From: Minisyncoccota bacterium
GTDB taxonomy: Bacteria; Patescibacteriota; Minisyncoccia; Phycocordibacterales; UBA9973
NCBI GenBank assembly: GCA_041674285.1
Contig: JBAYVZ010000002.1
Location: 14,600 to 78,599, forward strand
DNA length: 64,000 nt
Reading direction: 5' to 3'
Under the pieces are notes generated by a model that did no database searches, was not told where the DNA came from, and saw nothing but the letters and a program-made list of their open reading frames with translations. The position numbers and the translations under genes were made by a program. This document shows, in pieces, positions 8,494-17,959 of this stretch; the first letter of the stretch is position 1; every line of letters starts with the position of its first letter.

Positions 8494-10716
8494 ATGAAAC
8501 TTTTAATCGTAGAGTCACCTTCAAAAGCAAAGACAATTGAAAAATATTTAGACGGCGCATATACAGTCCGTGCATCTGTCGGACATATTCGTGATCTTCC
8601 AAAATCAAACAAGCAGGCTATCGATATCGAGGCTGGATTTGTCCCCCACTATGAGATATCCAAGGGTAAAGAAAAAGTAGTACACGAACTCCAAGAGCTA
8701 GCCAAGAAAGCTACAGACATCACACTAGCGACTGACCCGGATCGCGAAGGAGAAGCCATCGCATGGCACATAGAAGAATTACTCAAAGCTGATAAAAAAA
8801 TAAAGGCGCCGATCAATCGTGCGACTTTTCATGAGATCACAAAAGAAGCAGTAGAAGAGGCTCTCGCACATCCAAGACAAATAGATACAAATTTACGTCG
8901 GGCTCAAGAAGCTCGCCGAGTTCTAGACCGTCTCGTAGGATACGATCTATCAGGTGTGATCTGGAAGAAGGTCCGCTACGGTCTTTCTGCTGGTCGTGTA
9001 CAATCCCCTGCACTGCGCATCATCATGGAGCGCGAGCGAGAGATCCGTGCATTCGTACCAGAAAAATATTGGACACTCGAAGGACTCTTTGAATCAAAGA
9101 AAAAAGTGCAGATGACGCTATCATGTGTCGACGAACCTCGCGATGAAAAAATCGTAGAGAACATCATGAATCTCGGTCAAAAAGAAAAATGGTATGTCAC
9201 AGATCTAAAAGCGAGTGAACAGAAGCGCAGTGCTCGTGCACCATTCACTACATCCACACTCCAGCAGGTAGCATCTACTCGCCTTGGTTTTGCACCTTCA
9301 CGTACTATGCAGGTAGCACAAAAGCTCTACGAGCAAGGTCACATCACATACATGCGTACAGATAGTACAAATGTATCCGCTGTAGCCCAAGCTCAAATAC
9401 TGAAAGTCGTAGAGAAAAAGTATGGCAAGGAGTACGCAGAGGCTCACACATACAAGACAAAGTCCAAGAATGCTCAGGAAGCCCACGAAGCAATCCGTCC
9501 TACTCATGTCGAGAATATGAGTGAGGGATCAAATGAAGAACAAAAGAAATTGTACCGCCTCATCTGGGAGCGTGCTATTTCTTCACAGATGACTGATGCA
9601 AAACTCATGAAGACAAAGATAGTAGCGAATATCAAGAATGGAGAGATCCCAGACTTTACTGCAAATGGCTCACGCGTACTATTCCCTGGATGGCTCGCTT
9701 GTGATACAGATGCCCGTGGTGAAGACGTAGAACTACCCGAGGTTGAAGTAGGCGAAGAATTGAAACTCCTAGAACTTAAAAATACAGAAAAATTCACAGA
9801 GCCACCAAATAGGTACAGTGAAGCCGGACTCGTAAAGGAGCTAGAGGCTCGCGGTATCGGTCGTCCATCTACATATGCATCTATCATGCGCACACTCGAA
9901 GAGCGCGGATATGTGAACAAGGAAGGACGCACGCTATACCCTACAGATACTGGAGATGTAGTGTCTAGTTTTCTTGAAGCAAACTTTGCAGAATACATCA
10001 GCGATACATTCACAGCCGAGATGGAAGATGAGCTCGATGATATAGCCAATGGAGATCGCGAATATGTAAAGACTCTAAAAGACTTCTACACACCATTCCA
10101 AAAAGATGTAAAAGAAAAAGATAAACTAGCCAAGGCTACAAATATGGGCGAGGCTCCAGCGGAGATGAAGTGTCCAAAGTGTGAAGGGTCTATGATTGTA
10201 AAGCTCGCTCGCAATGGCAAGTTTTACTCTTGTGCAAATTACCCAGATTGTGATGGCGCACGAACACTCGAAGGCAATGAATTAGAAGGCCCAAAAGAAA
10301 CTGGTGAACTATGTCCCCTCTGCGGAGAGAAGAAGGGCAAGAGTGGCGGTGGAAAGCTAGTAATCCGACAAGGAAAATTTGGAGCATTCATATCTTGTTC
10401 ACGTTATCCAAAATGTAAATTCATAAAAGAAGACGAGGAAGAGAAGAAAAAGAAAATGTCCGGCGTAAAATGTCCTATGTGTAAAGATGGCGAGATGATG
10501 GAGCGCCGAGGACGATTTGGAATATGCTACTCTTGCTCGAATTATCCAACTTGCAAGAATGCGATAAAGACAAAACCTACTGGAAACATCTGCCCTATGT
10601 GCGACAGTCTGATGATGGAAGGTACAAAAACTATTCCAGAGAGATGTAGTAATAAAATGTGTAAGAATCACAACCCACACAAATTAGGAGACGAAATAAA
10701 ATCAAATAAGAAATAA
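8494..10716 (+). CDS. topA: DNA topoisomerase I
   Basis: IVESPSK, ATDPDREGE, SAGRVQS, ITYMRTDS, C-terminal zinc ribbons. Confidence 0.98.
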   Translation: MKLLIVESPSKAKTIEKYLDGAYTVRASVGHIRDLPKSNKQAIDIEAGFVPHYEISKGKEKVVHELQELAKKATDITLATDPDREGEAIAWHIEELLKADKKIKAPINRATFHEITKEAVEEALAHPRQIDTNLRRAQEARRVLDRLVGYDLSGVIWKKVRYGLSAGRVQSPALRIIMEREREIRAFVPEKYWTLEGLFESKKKVQMTLSCVDEPRDEKIVENIMNLGQKEKWYVTDLKASEQKRSARAPFTTSTLQQVASTRLGFAPSRTMQVAQKLYEQGHITYMRTDSTNVSAVAQAQILKVVEKKYGKEYAEAHTYKTKSKNAQEAHEAIRPTHVENMSEGSNEEQKKLYRLIWERAISSQMTDAKLMKTKIVANIKNGEIPDFTANGSRVLFPGWLACDTDARGEDVELPEVEVGEELKLLELKNTEKFTEPPNRYSEAGLVKELEARGIGRPSTYASIMRTLEERGYVNKEGRTLYPTDTGDVVSSFLEANFAEYISDTFTAEMEDELDDIANGDREYVKTLKDFYTPFQKDVKEKDKLAKATNMGEAPAEMKCPKCEGSMIVKLARNGKFYSCANYPDCDGARTLEGNELEGPKETGELCPLCGEKKGKSGGGKLVIRQGKFGAFISCSRYPKCKFIKEDEEEKKKKMSGVKCPMCKDGEMMERRGRFGICYSCSNYPTCKNAIKTKPTGNICPMCDSLMMEGTKTIPERCSNKMCKNHNPHKLGDEIKSNKK

Positions 10717-10750
10717 AAAAATTCCCGAAGATGTCTTCGGGAATTTTTTT
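10715..10750. terminator. Bidirectional terminator
   Basis: aaaaaaattcccgaaga-tg-tcttcgggaattttttt. Confidence 0.8.
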
Positions 10751-10752
10751 AT

Positions 10753-11160
10753 TTAATCTAGGCACGGGTTACCCGTGTCCAGGAAATTAGCAGACAAAGC
10801 TAGGGCATGATCTAAATTTTCCTTATCACTTGCCTTAAAAGGTTCTTTTTTAAAAAATGTAAAATCAGACAAATTATGTTTTTTTGATTTGAAATAAAAA
10901 TCAATACATCCATCTCTGTTGAATATGATTTTCACAAAATTCAAATCTTTTTGTGCATAAAAATAGTGCATTGGCTGTTTGATTGAATCAAACATAATTT
11001 GTCGATCACCTACATGTATATTTTTATGCTTTAATGAATTTTTGATTCTACTACTCACGTAGTCTATAGAATGTAGAACTTGAAAGAAAAAATCATCATC
11101 GATTTTATCGTGTAGGCTTGCTACAGGGATAAAAGTCCAAGGTAATTTTGGATTTTTCAT
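10753..11160 (-). CDS. Hypothetical protein (ORFan)
   Basis: 135-aa AT-rich ORF filling the gap, TTGACC upstream. Confidence 0.6.
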   Translation of the reverse strand: MKNPKLPWTFIPVASLHDKIDDDFFFQVLHSIDYVSSRIKNSLKHKNIHVGDRQIMFDSIKQPMHYFYAQKDLNFVKIIFNRDGCIDFYFKSKKHNLSDFTFFKKEPFKASDKENLDHALALSANFLDTGNPCLD

Positions 11161-11231
11161 AAAATTGTATTTTTCTTTTTACACTACCATTTTGATATAT
11201 TTCGGTCAATCAGCTATACTCTATATACCTG

Positions 11232-11331
11232 TCCCGTATTAAATTTTTGATTAATCTAATTTGAGAAGACATAAAAATACAGGACAATCGTCGTATAGGC
11301 AAGAATATTATAAGTAAAATTTTAGTATGGG
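11232..11331 (+). mobile_element. Degenerate start-codon-adjacent TIR element (relA/spoT)
   Basis: TCCCGTATTAAA...TTTAGTATGGG-ATG forms a 12-bp stem with two G-U pairs; contains the GTCGTAT motif seen in other copies. Confidence 0.6.
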
Positions 11332-12810
11332 ATGACAACAGATATTAATGAAATCTATAAAATAGCTCCTAGGCTCAATGATGAAGATAAAGCATTAATA
11401 CAAAAGGCTTATGATGTGGCACACAAAGCTCATGCCGGCCAAATGCGCAAAAGCGGTGAACCCTATTTTATTCACGTATTTGCTACAGCAAAAAATCTAG
11501 CCTCCTTTGGTATGGACGCCAAGACTATCGCTGCTGGATTCCTACACGATACACTAGAAGATACAGACCTTCCAGAAGAAGAACTAATAGCCGAATTCGG
11601 CGAAGAAATAGTAAAACTAGTAAATGGTGTGACAAAGCTCGGTAAAGTAAAGTACCAAGGTCATGCACGACACGTAGAATCACTCCGTAAATTCTTTATG
11701 GCCATGGCAGATGACCTGCGAATACTGATTATTAAACTAGCAGACAGACTACACAATGTGCAGACGCTAGAGCACGTACGCGAAGACAAGAGGAAGAGAA
11801 TTGCATTAGAGACTATCGAGATACACGCACGTCTCGCTGACCGCATAGGTATGAACAGCCTAAAAGGTAATCTTGAAGATGCTGCTTTCCCCTACGCCTA
11901 TCCAAAAGAGTATGCTGAGCTTCAAAAAATATTGGCAAATGTAAAATCAGACAATACAAAAGATTTAGAAATGGTCACAGAAGAACTCACAAAAGAATTA
12001 ATCAACCAAAAAATAAACATTGTAGAGATTTCTCGTCGCTCAAAATATAAATATAGTCTTTGGAACAAACTCGTAAAGTACAATATGGACATTGAGAAGA
12101 TATACGATGTGGTCGCGCTCCGAGTGATTGTGAACAACATCGAGGATTGCTATAGAACTCTCGGTATTGTACATAGCATATGGAAGCCTCTACCAGGAAG
12201 AATCAAAGATTATATCTCCACACCAAAGCCAAATGGATACAGATCTCTACACACTACGATATTCACTGGTACTGGTGGAGTGATAGAAGTACAGATACGT
12301 ACACCCGAGATGCACGCCGAGGCTGTATACGGCATCGCTGCACACTTTATATACAAAGAAACTGGTGGCAAAAACTTTACTATCAAAGGTAGCAAAGATA
12401 GAAAATTTGAATGGCTATCTCAACTCCAAGAATTACACAAGACAGTAGATGACCCAGAGAAATTCCTCCAGCATCTACAGATGGATTTATTCCAGGATCG
12501 AATATTCGTATTTACCCCAAAGGGAGATGTAGTAGACCTACCAAAGGGGTCAACGATTATAGATTTTGCTTATGCCATACACTCTGACATTGGGGATCAC
12601 ACCCAAAGTGCATTGATAAACAATAAAAATGCGAGTCTTGGAACTGTACTTTCAAACCGTGACATCATAGAGATTATTGTGAATCCAAATACAAACCCAT
12701 CCTCAAAATGGCTAGAGTATGCCAAGACAAGTATTGCGAGAAAACACATAAATGCACACTTGAAAGAGAATAGCCTCCTCTCAAAATTCAGATCATTCGC
12801 AAAATTCTAA
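11332..12810 (+). CDS. RelA/SpoT family (p)ppGpp synthetase/hydrolase (HD + synthetase + TGS, no ACT domain)
   Basis: RKSGEPY, LHDTLED, KLADRLHN, KDYI..PKPNGYRSLHT, EVQIRT, DFAYAIHS motifs. Confidence 0.95.
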   Translation: MTTDINEIYKIAPRLNDEDKALIQKAYDVAHKAHAGQMRKSGEPYFIHVFATAKNLASFGMDAKTIAAGFLHDTLEDTDLPEEELIAEFGEEIVKLVNGVTKLGKVKYQGHARHVESLRKFFMAMADDLRILIIKLADRLHNVQTLEHVREDKRKRIALETIEIHARLADRIGMNSLKGNLEDAAFPYAYPKEYAELQKILANVKSDNTKDLEMVTEELTKELINQKINIVEISRRSKYKYSLWNKLVKYNMDIEKIYDVVALRVIVNNIEDCYRTLGIVHSIWKPLPGRIKDYISTPKPNGYRSLHTTIFTGTGGVIEVQIRTPEMHAEAVYGIAAHFIYKETGGKNFTIKGSKDRKFEWLSQLQELHKTVDDPEKFLQHLQMDLFQDRIFVFTPKGDVVDLPKGSTIIDFAYAIHSDIGDHTQSALINNKNASLGTVLSNRDIIEIIVNPNTNPSSKWLEYAKTSIARKHINAHLKENSLLSKFRSFAKF

Positions 12811-12850
12811 AAATAAAAAATGTACCAGTTAGACTGGTACATTTTTTATT
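12811..12850. terminator. Bidirectional terminator
   Basis: aaaaaatgtaccagt-tag-actggtacatttttt. Confidence 0.8.
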
Positions 12851-13875
12851 TATAGTGAGAAATTTTTTATGTTATACAATTCTTCTTCTACTTTTTGTTT
12901 CTCTTGATCATCTCTGTCGTCTAACATCTCTATCTCCTCTGCTACGATATCATTCACCTCTAGACTCGCACCGATAGGTACCATAGCTTCGAGACCACCC
13001 ACAGAAGCGATATGCCTATCTAGCATTTCAGTGGGCTTCTTGCCTTTTGATTCGACAGATTTCATAACTTCTAAGATATTGCGTAGGTCTTCATTTGTAA
13101 AGAAATCAATAGTGATCTGTCCCCCATTCTGACCTTTTTCTACGTGAACTCTTGTGCCTAGTGCCTCAGCTAGATGTTCTTCCATCTCTAATAGCTCCGG
13201 GTCTAGTATATATTCTTTGTTTCGTACACGATCCACTGCGATACGACGAGCGTACTTTTCTGCGTCACGTACATTCATCTTTTTAAATAATATTTCTTTG
13301 AACAATACCATCTGCTCCTCTGGCTTATCTGCGAGCATCATAATAGGGCGAGTATGACCCTCTGTGATTTTGCGAGCAGAGAGTGCGTCGAGTACTTCTT
13401 GAGGCAATGACAATAGACGAAGAGTATTGGATACATACTCACGACTCTTTCCTACCTTGGTACCCACCTGACCATGAGTGAATTTAAATTCTTCTACAAG
13501 TCGGAAGAATGCGCGAGCGCGCTCTACAGCATTCAGATCTTCACGCTGAAGATTCTCTATGATAGCCAATTCGAGCTTTGCCATATTGTCATCACCCACA
13601 CGGATGACTACTGGTACTTGAGGAAGCCCTGCGAGCTTTGATGCTCGTAGGCGGCGTTCACCAGCGATGAGCTCGTATTCTACTGCGATACCACCATCTT
13701 CTTTTATAACCTCCACGCGAGATACAGTCAGTGGCTGGAGTATGCCGTACTGACGGATAGAGTCAGATAGATCTTTTAACCGGGCCTCTTCGAATTCTCG
13801 ACGTGGCTGAAAAGGGTTGGGCTTGATCTTATCGACATCCACCCAAAATATTGAATTGCTGTATAGTTGTGACAT
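12850..13875 (-). CDS. parB: ParB/Spo0J partition protein
   Basis: PNPFQPR, GILQPL, LIAGERRLRA, IENLQREDL, HTH. Confidence 0.95.
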   Translation of the reverse strand: MSQLYSNSIFWVDVDKIKPNPFQPRREFEEARLKDLSDSIRQYGILQPLTVSRVEVIKEDGGIAVEYELIAGERRLRASKLAGLPQVPVVIRVGDDNMAKLELAIIENLQREDLNAVERARAFFRLVEEFKFTHGQVGTKVGKSREYVSNTLRLLSLPQEVLDALSARKITEGHTRPIMMLADKPEEQMVLFKEILFKKMNVRDAEKYARRIAVDRVRNKEYILDPELLEMEEHLAEALGTRVHVEKGQNGGQITIDFFTNEDLRNILEVMKSVESKGKKPTEMLDRHIASVGGLEAMVPIGASLEVNDIVAEEIEMLDDRDDQEKQKVEEELYNIKNFSL

Positions 13876-13970
13876 GCGTGTATTTTAGCATAATTTGAAA
13901 AGTAATTAAAATATTGAAAAATTAATAGAAATCATGTATAGTAACAATTATATGTAGTTTATACATATCT

Positions 13971-14053
13971 GCGTCGGTGGTGGAGTGGTCTATCACAACA
14001 GACTGTAAATCTGTCGGCTTCGGCCTTCGTTGGTTCGAATCCAACCCGGCGCA
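13971..14053 (+). tRNA. tRNA-Tyr(GTA)
   Basis: GCGTCGG/CCGGCGC acceptor, ACAGA-CT-GTA-AA-TCTGT, long variable arm, GTTGG-TTCGAAT-CCAAC. Confidence 0.95.
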
Positions 14054-14151
14054 CAAAAAATCCCACAAGCTACTGCTTGTGGGATTTTTCTTTTTAAGAG
14101 ATTTCACCTTATTTACCAAGGTGACCTCTTTTTTGGTTTACATTCACACGG

Positions 14152-14349
14152 TTAAATTTTAGTTTTTTTACTCTGAGCTTCTTTTTGAGAATCTTCCCCA
14201 TCTAAATGCTTAGATGTCGCAACTTGAACATGGATCTTATTTTTAATTCTTTTTTCTGTTTTGACCCCAGCCCTTTTTCTAATATTATTTTGATGATTAA
14301 AATTCGATCCAGAATTTTTTCTCCTTCTTTTTTTTCTTGTGTGTCCCAT
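14152..14349 (-). CDS. Small basic hypothetical protein
   Basis: 65-aa K/R-rich ATG ORF downstream of clpB. Confidence 0.4.
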   Translation of the reverse strand: MGHTRKKRRRKNSGSNFNHQNNIRKRAGVKTEKRIKNKIHVQVATSKHLDGEDSQKEAQSKKTKI

Positions 14350-14439
14350 AAAAGTATTAATTTGTTTTATTTTCAGATTATCATCTTTTTAATATTTGTC
14401 AAAGAAAAACAACGACAGTGTCGTTGTTTTTCTTTGACA

Positions 14440-17139
14440 TTATTTTGCTGTATAAGGACTTGGTTTTGATACTTTTAGATTAGACTTAATCTTTTTCTTT
14501 TTCATATCAATTACAAGTTCACCATCTTTCATAGTCACGAATACTGCCTCACCTTTTCCTACACCCTTTTCGATTATAAATGTAGCTACATGATTTAGAA
14601 TTTTGTTCTGTATCAATCGAGCCAGTGGTCGAGCACCATAATGAGGATCGTACCCTTCTTTTGCGAGATAGTCCATAGCTTCATCAGATATATCCAATTC
14701 AATACCTTTTGACAATAATCTATTTCGAACAACATCCATCTTGATAGATACAATATTGCGTATTACCTCAGGGGACAAAACATCAAATACGATAACATCG
14801 TCTAGGCGGTTTAAGAATTCTGGGCGGAAATGGTCTTTGAGACTTGCTAGGACTTTGTCTTTTGTATTTTGATAATCTTCTTTGATTGTATTTGTATTGA
14901 ATCCGATACTCTCCATCTTTTCAATCAAATGTGAACCGATATTTGAGGTCATTATTATGATTGAATTTTTAAAGTTTACAGTACGCCCTTTTGAATCTGT
15001 GAGCTTGCCCTCGTCGAGCACCTGGAGGAGTATATTGAAAACTTCTGGATGAGCCTTTTCTATCTCATCAAACAATATGACTGAATACGGTCGGTGGCGA
15101 ATCTGCTCTGTGAGCTGTCCTGATTCATCATATCCTACGTATCCTGGCGGTGAGCCGACTAACTTTGACACACTATGACGCTCCATGTATTCAGACATAT
15201 CAACTCTGATCAATGACTTCTCATCATCAAACATGAATTGCGCCAGTGCTTTTGTCAGTTCGGTCTTTCCTACACCAGTAGGTCCTAGGAATATAAATGA
15301 ACCGATTGGCTTGTTTGGATCTGATATGCCAGCACGTGAACGGCGGACAACATCAGAAATCTTTTTGATTGCTTCATCCTGCCCTACGACACGCTTTCGC
15401 AATTCATCCTCCATATGCGACAGCTTGCTACGCTCTTCTTCTAGCATTCTAGATAGTGGTACACCAGTCCACCTAGCGACAACCTCAGCGATATCTTCTG
15501 TCGTGATTTCTTCTTTCAAAATCCTGCGAGATTTTTGCAATTTTTTAAGTTTTGCCAATTTTAAATCTAAATCTTTCTGGAAATCGGGGATCTGCCCATA
15601 GCGAATCTCTGCCACACGAGCCAGGTCTCCACGCATCTCTGCATTGTCTGCCTCAAAACGAAGAGTTTCTAATTCTTTTTTAATCGCACGAATTTCTACT
15701 ACAGTATCTTTTTCATTCTTCCACTTCAGTTCAAGTTCTTTTGTCTTTTCTTTCAAGTTTGCTACTTCAGAATCGATCTCTTTTATTCGAGCTTTTGTAT
15801 CTTTATTTTCTTTTCCCGAGCGAGATTCCATACTTAGTTCATTAGATAGAGCCTCCTTTTCTATTTCAAAACGCATGATTTTCCTATGCGCCTCTTCGAG
15901 GGCAGCTGGCTTGTTCTCAAGTGAAATCTTGAGCGCAGAAGAAGCTTCATCGATCAGATCAACGGCTTTGTCAGGTAGATATCTACCTGTTATATATCTG
16001 GTCGACAAATTTACCGCTGCGATTATAGCATCATCGGTAATTCTAACCCCATGAAATAATTCATATTTCTCTTTGAGCCCTCGCAGTATCGCGATGGCAT
16101 CATCAGTAGATGGCTCATCGATAAATATAGGCTGAAATCTACGTGCGAGTGCAGGATCCTTCTCTATGTGTTTTTGATATTCTTTTAATGTTGTGGCGCC
16201 TACAGCACGTAGCTCCCCTCGAGCAAGTGCTGGCTTTAGCATATTCGAAGCATCTAGTGACCCCTCAGAGCTACCCGCCCCTACGATAGTATGTATCTCA
16301 TCGATGAATAGGATAACCTTGCCATCTGTCTTTTCAATCTCTTTCATGATACCGCGTAGACGCTCTTCTAATTCACCGCGATATTTTGTACCAGCAAGCA
16401 ACAATCCAAGATCAATAGATACAACTTCTTTATCACGAAGACTCTCTGGCACATCCCCTTTTGCTATTCTCAAGGCCAATGCTTCAGCAACGGCAGTCTT
16501 GCCTGTGCCGGCCTCACCTATGAGTATCGGATTATTTTTTGTACGACGAGACAGTATCTGCATGAGGCGCATAATCTCTGTATCTCGGCCGATAACTGGG
16601 TCGAGCTTATCTTCTCGTGCGAGCTTTGTCAGGCTACGAGTAAATTTAGTTAAAAGTTTTGGCTTTTTCGAGCTACCAGTATCTGTGATATTTTCTTTAC
16701 GAAACATCTCTACAATATTTACAATCTTTTCTCTTTCGATTTTAAATCTTCCGAGCATCTCACGGGCTTCACCTGGAGTCTCCAATAGTGAGATAAATAA
16801 ATGCTCAGTAGATACAAATTCGTCTTTGAGTGTGACCGCGACTTTACTAGAATTTTCAATTGCGGCAGCCAAATCTGGAGTCAGATATATCTGATAAGAA
16901 GGAGAAACTGTATTGCGAGCCTCTGGATTTTCAATCACTTCTGCTACGGTGTCTACCAGTAGCATAGTATCTACATCCATCTTTTCTAAGATAGAGATAA
17001 TCAGTGAATCCTCTTGCACTAGCAATGCAGTTAGCAGATGCAGACCATTTACATGATTCTGCCCACGCTCAATAGCCAGCTCGTGAGCCTTGCGAATTGC
17101 CTCTTTTGCTTTTGTTGTAAAATGATTGAATGGTGGCAT
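14440..17139 (-). CDS. clpB: ATP-dependent chaperone ClpB
   Basis: Clp N-domain, two AAA+ modules (GEAGTGKT, GPTGVGKT), long middle coiled coil. Confidence 0.95.
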   Translation of the reverse strand: MPPFNHFTTKAKEAIRKAHELAIERGQNHVNGLHLLTALLVQEDSLIISILEKMDVDTMLLVDTVAEVIENPEARNTVSPSYQIYLTPDLAAAIENSSKVAVTLKDEFVSTEHLFISLLETPGEAREMLGRFKIEREKIVNIVEMFRKENITDTGSSKKPKLLTKFTRSLTKLAREDKLDPVIGRDTEIMRLMQILSRRTKNNPILIGEAGTGKTAVAEALALRIAKGDVPESLRDKEVVSIDLGLLLAGTKYRGELEERLRGIMKEIEKTDGKVILFIDEIHTIVGAGSSEGSLDASNMLKPALARGELRAVGATTLKEYQKHIEKDPALARRFQPIFIDEPSTDDAIAILRGLKEKYELFHGVRITDDAIIAAVNLSTRYITGRYLPDKAVDLIDEASSALKISLENKPAALEEAHRKIMRFEIEKEALSNELSMESRSGKENKDTKARIKEIDSEVANLKEKTKELELKWKNEKDTVVEIRAIKKELETLRFEADNAEMRGDLARVAEIRYGQIPDFQKDLDLKLAKLKKLQKSRRILKEEITTEDIAEVVARWTGVPLSRMLEEERSKLSHMEDELRKRVVGQDEAIKKISDVVRRSRAGISDPNKPIGSFIFLGPTGVGKTELTKALAQFMFDDEKSLIRVDMSEYMERHSVSKLVGSPPGYVGYDESGQLTEQIRHRPYSVILFDEIEKAHPEVFNILLQVLDEGKLTDSKGRTVNFKNSIIIMTSNIGSHLIEKMESIGFNTNTIKEDYQNTKDKVLASLKDHFRPEFLNRLDDVIVFDVLSPEVIRNIVSIKMDVVRNRLLSKGIELDISDEAMDYLAKEGYDPHYGARPLARLIQNKILNHVATFIIEKGVGKGEAVFVTMKDGELVIDMKKKKIKSNLKVSKPSPYTAK

Positions 17140-17237
17140 TGATTTTGCGGAATCACATCGCGTACGCCCTTTTGACGCGATGCTCCCGATTCTTAATTTT
17201 GTAATTTTAAATTTTTAAACAAAAACAATATACATAT

Positions 17238-17807
17238 TTATTGCTTAGGAGCAGTATTTAAATCTACTGGTGTATCTGTCTCTTTTGGATCGGCAGGTTT
17301 TACTTCGTCTGTGATTTTTGATTTTGATTGAATTTGTAAAATCACAAAACCATTTCCATAACTTTTTAAAATCTTTGCTTCGAATAAATCTGAGCCTAGC
17401 ATTACTTTGTATGAATCTTCTTTTCCTGTGAGATTATTCATCTCGATCAAAATTAATCCAGAATCAGAGATTACTACACCTTGGCCCAATGGTCTGATGG
17501 GGTCTATCGCTACGATATCTTTATCTTCCTCACTAGGTGTGACAACTACATAATTTTTATCATATACAGACACCAGCACAGCATTATCAGAAAGACTGAT
17601 TCCTTGCTTCTTTTCTTCAGATGGAACCTGAACGGTGGTCACCTTTTCTATCGTTCTCTGAATTACGTTATTAATAGTCTGAGTGGCGCTCTTTGGCATC
17701 TGATTCATCAGAGTCACAGTTACTATACCAGTAGCGATTGATACAACAAACGTTATTAATAAGGTCAATAATATAAGTTGGGTTTTGTTTAATTCTTTGA
17801 TATCCAT
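17238..17807 (-). CDS. Membrane-anchored hypothetical protein (possibly degenerate trypsin-like fold)
   Basis: N-terminal TM (LNKTQLILL..SIATGIVTV), GQGVVISDSGLIL segment, no catalytic triad seen. Confidence 0.65.
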   Translation of the reverse strand: MDIKELNKTQLILLTLLITFVVSIATGIVTVTLMNQMPKSATQTINNVIQRTIEKVTTVQVPSEEKKQGISLSDNAVLVSVYDKNYVVVTPSEEDKDIVAIDPIRPLGQGVVISDSGLILIEMNNLTGKEDSYKVMLGSDLFEAKILKSYGNGFVILQIQSKSKITDEVKPADPKETDTPVDLNTAPKQ

Positions 17808-17927
17808 CCCGTTAGAGATAGGTAATGTTTACATTACCGTATCTTGTTAATATATAGTAAAAATACGACTTTCTTTTTTTATAAACCACCCCGAATTAGA
17901 AAGATAACAAGCGCATCTCTAACGGGA
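17808..17927 (-). mobile_element. Start-codon-inserted TIR element, copy 2
   Basis: Sense ATGGA-TCCCGTTAGAGAT...ATCTCTAACGGG-ATGGA. Confidence 0.85.
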
Positions 17928-17959
17928 TCCATTAGTTCAGTATAGCATAGCAGTCAAGC

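Noticed and set aside
10715-10750. TCCCG/CGGGA-closed hairpins here, at 56631-56672 and at 47162-47176 as remnants of the TIR family
   Set aside because: The match is only 5 bp, there are no flanking duplications, and they are adequately explained as terminators.
15185-16894. Long antisense ORFs inside clpB (likewise in topA, infB, rnj, dprA)
   Set aside because: Shadow frames of well-conserved genes with no independent motifs.
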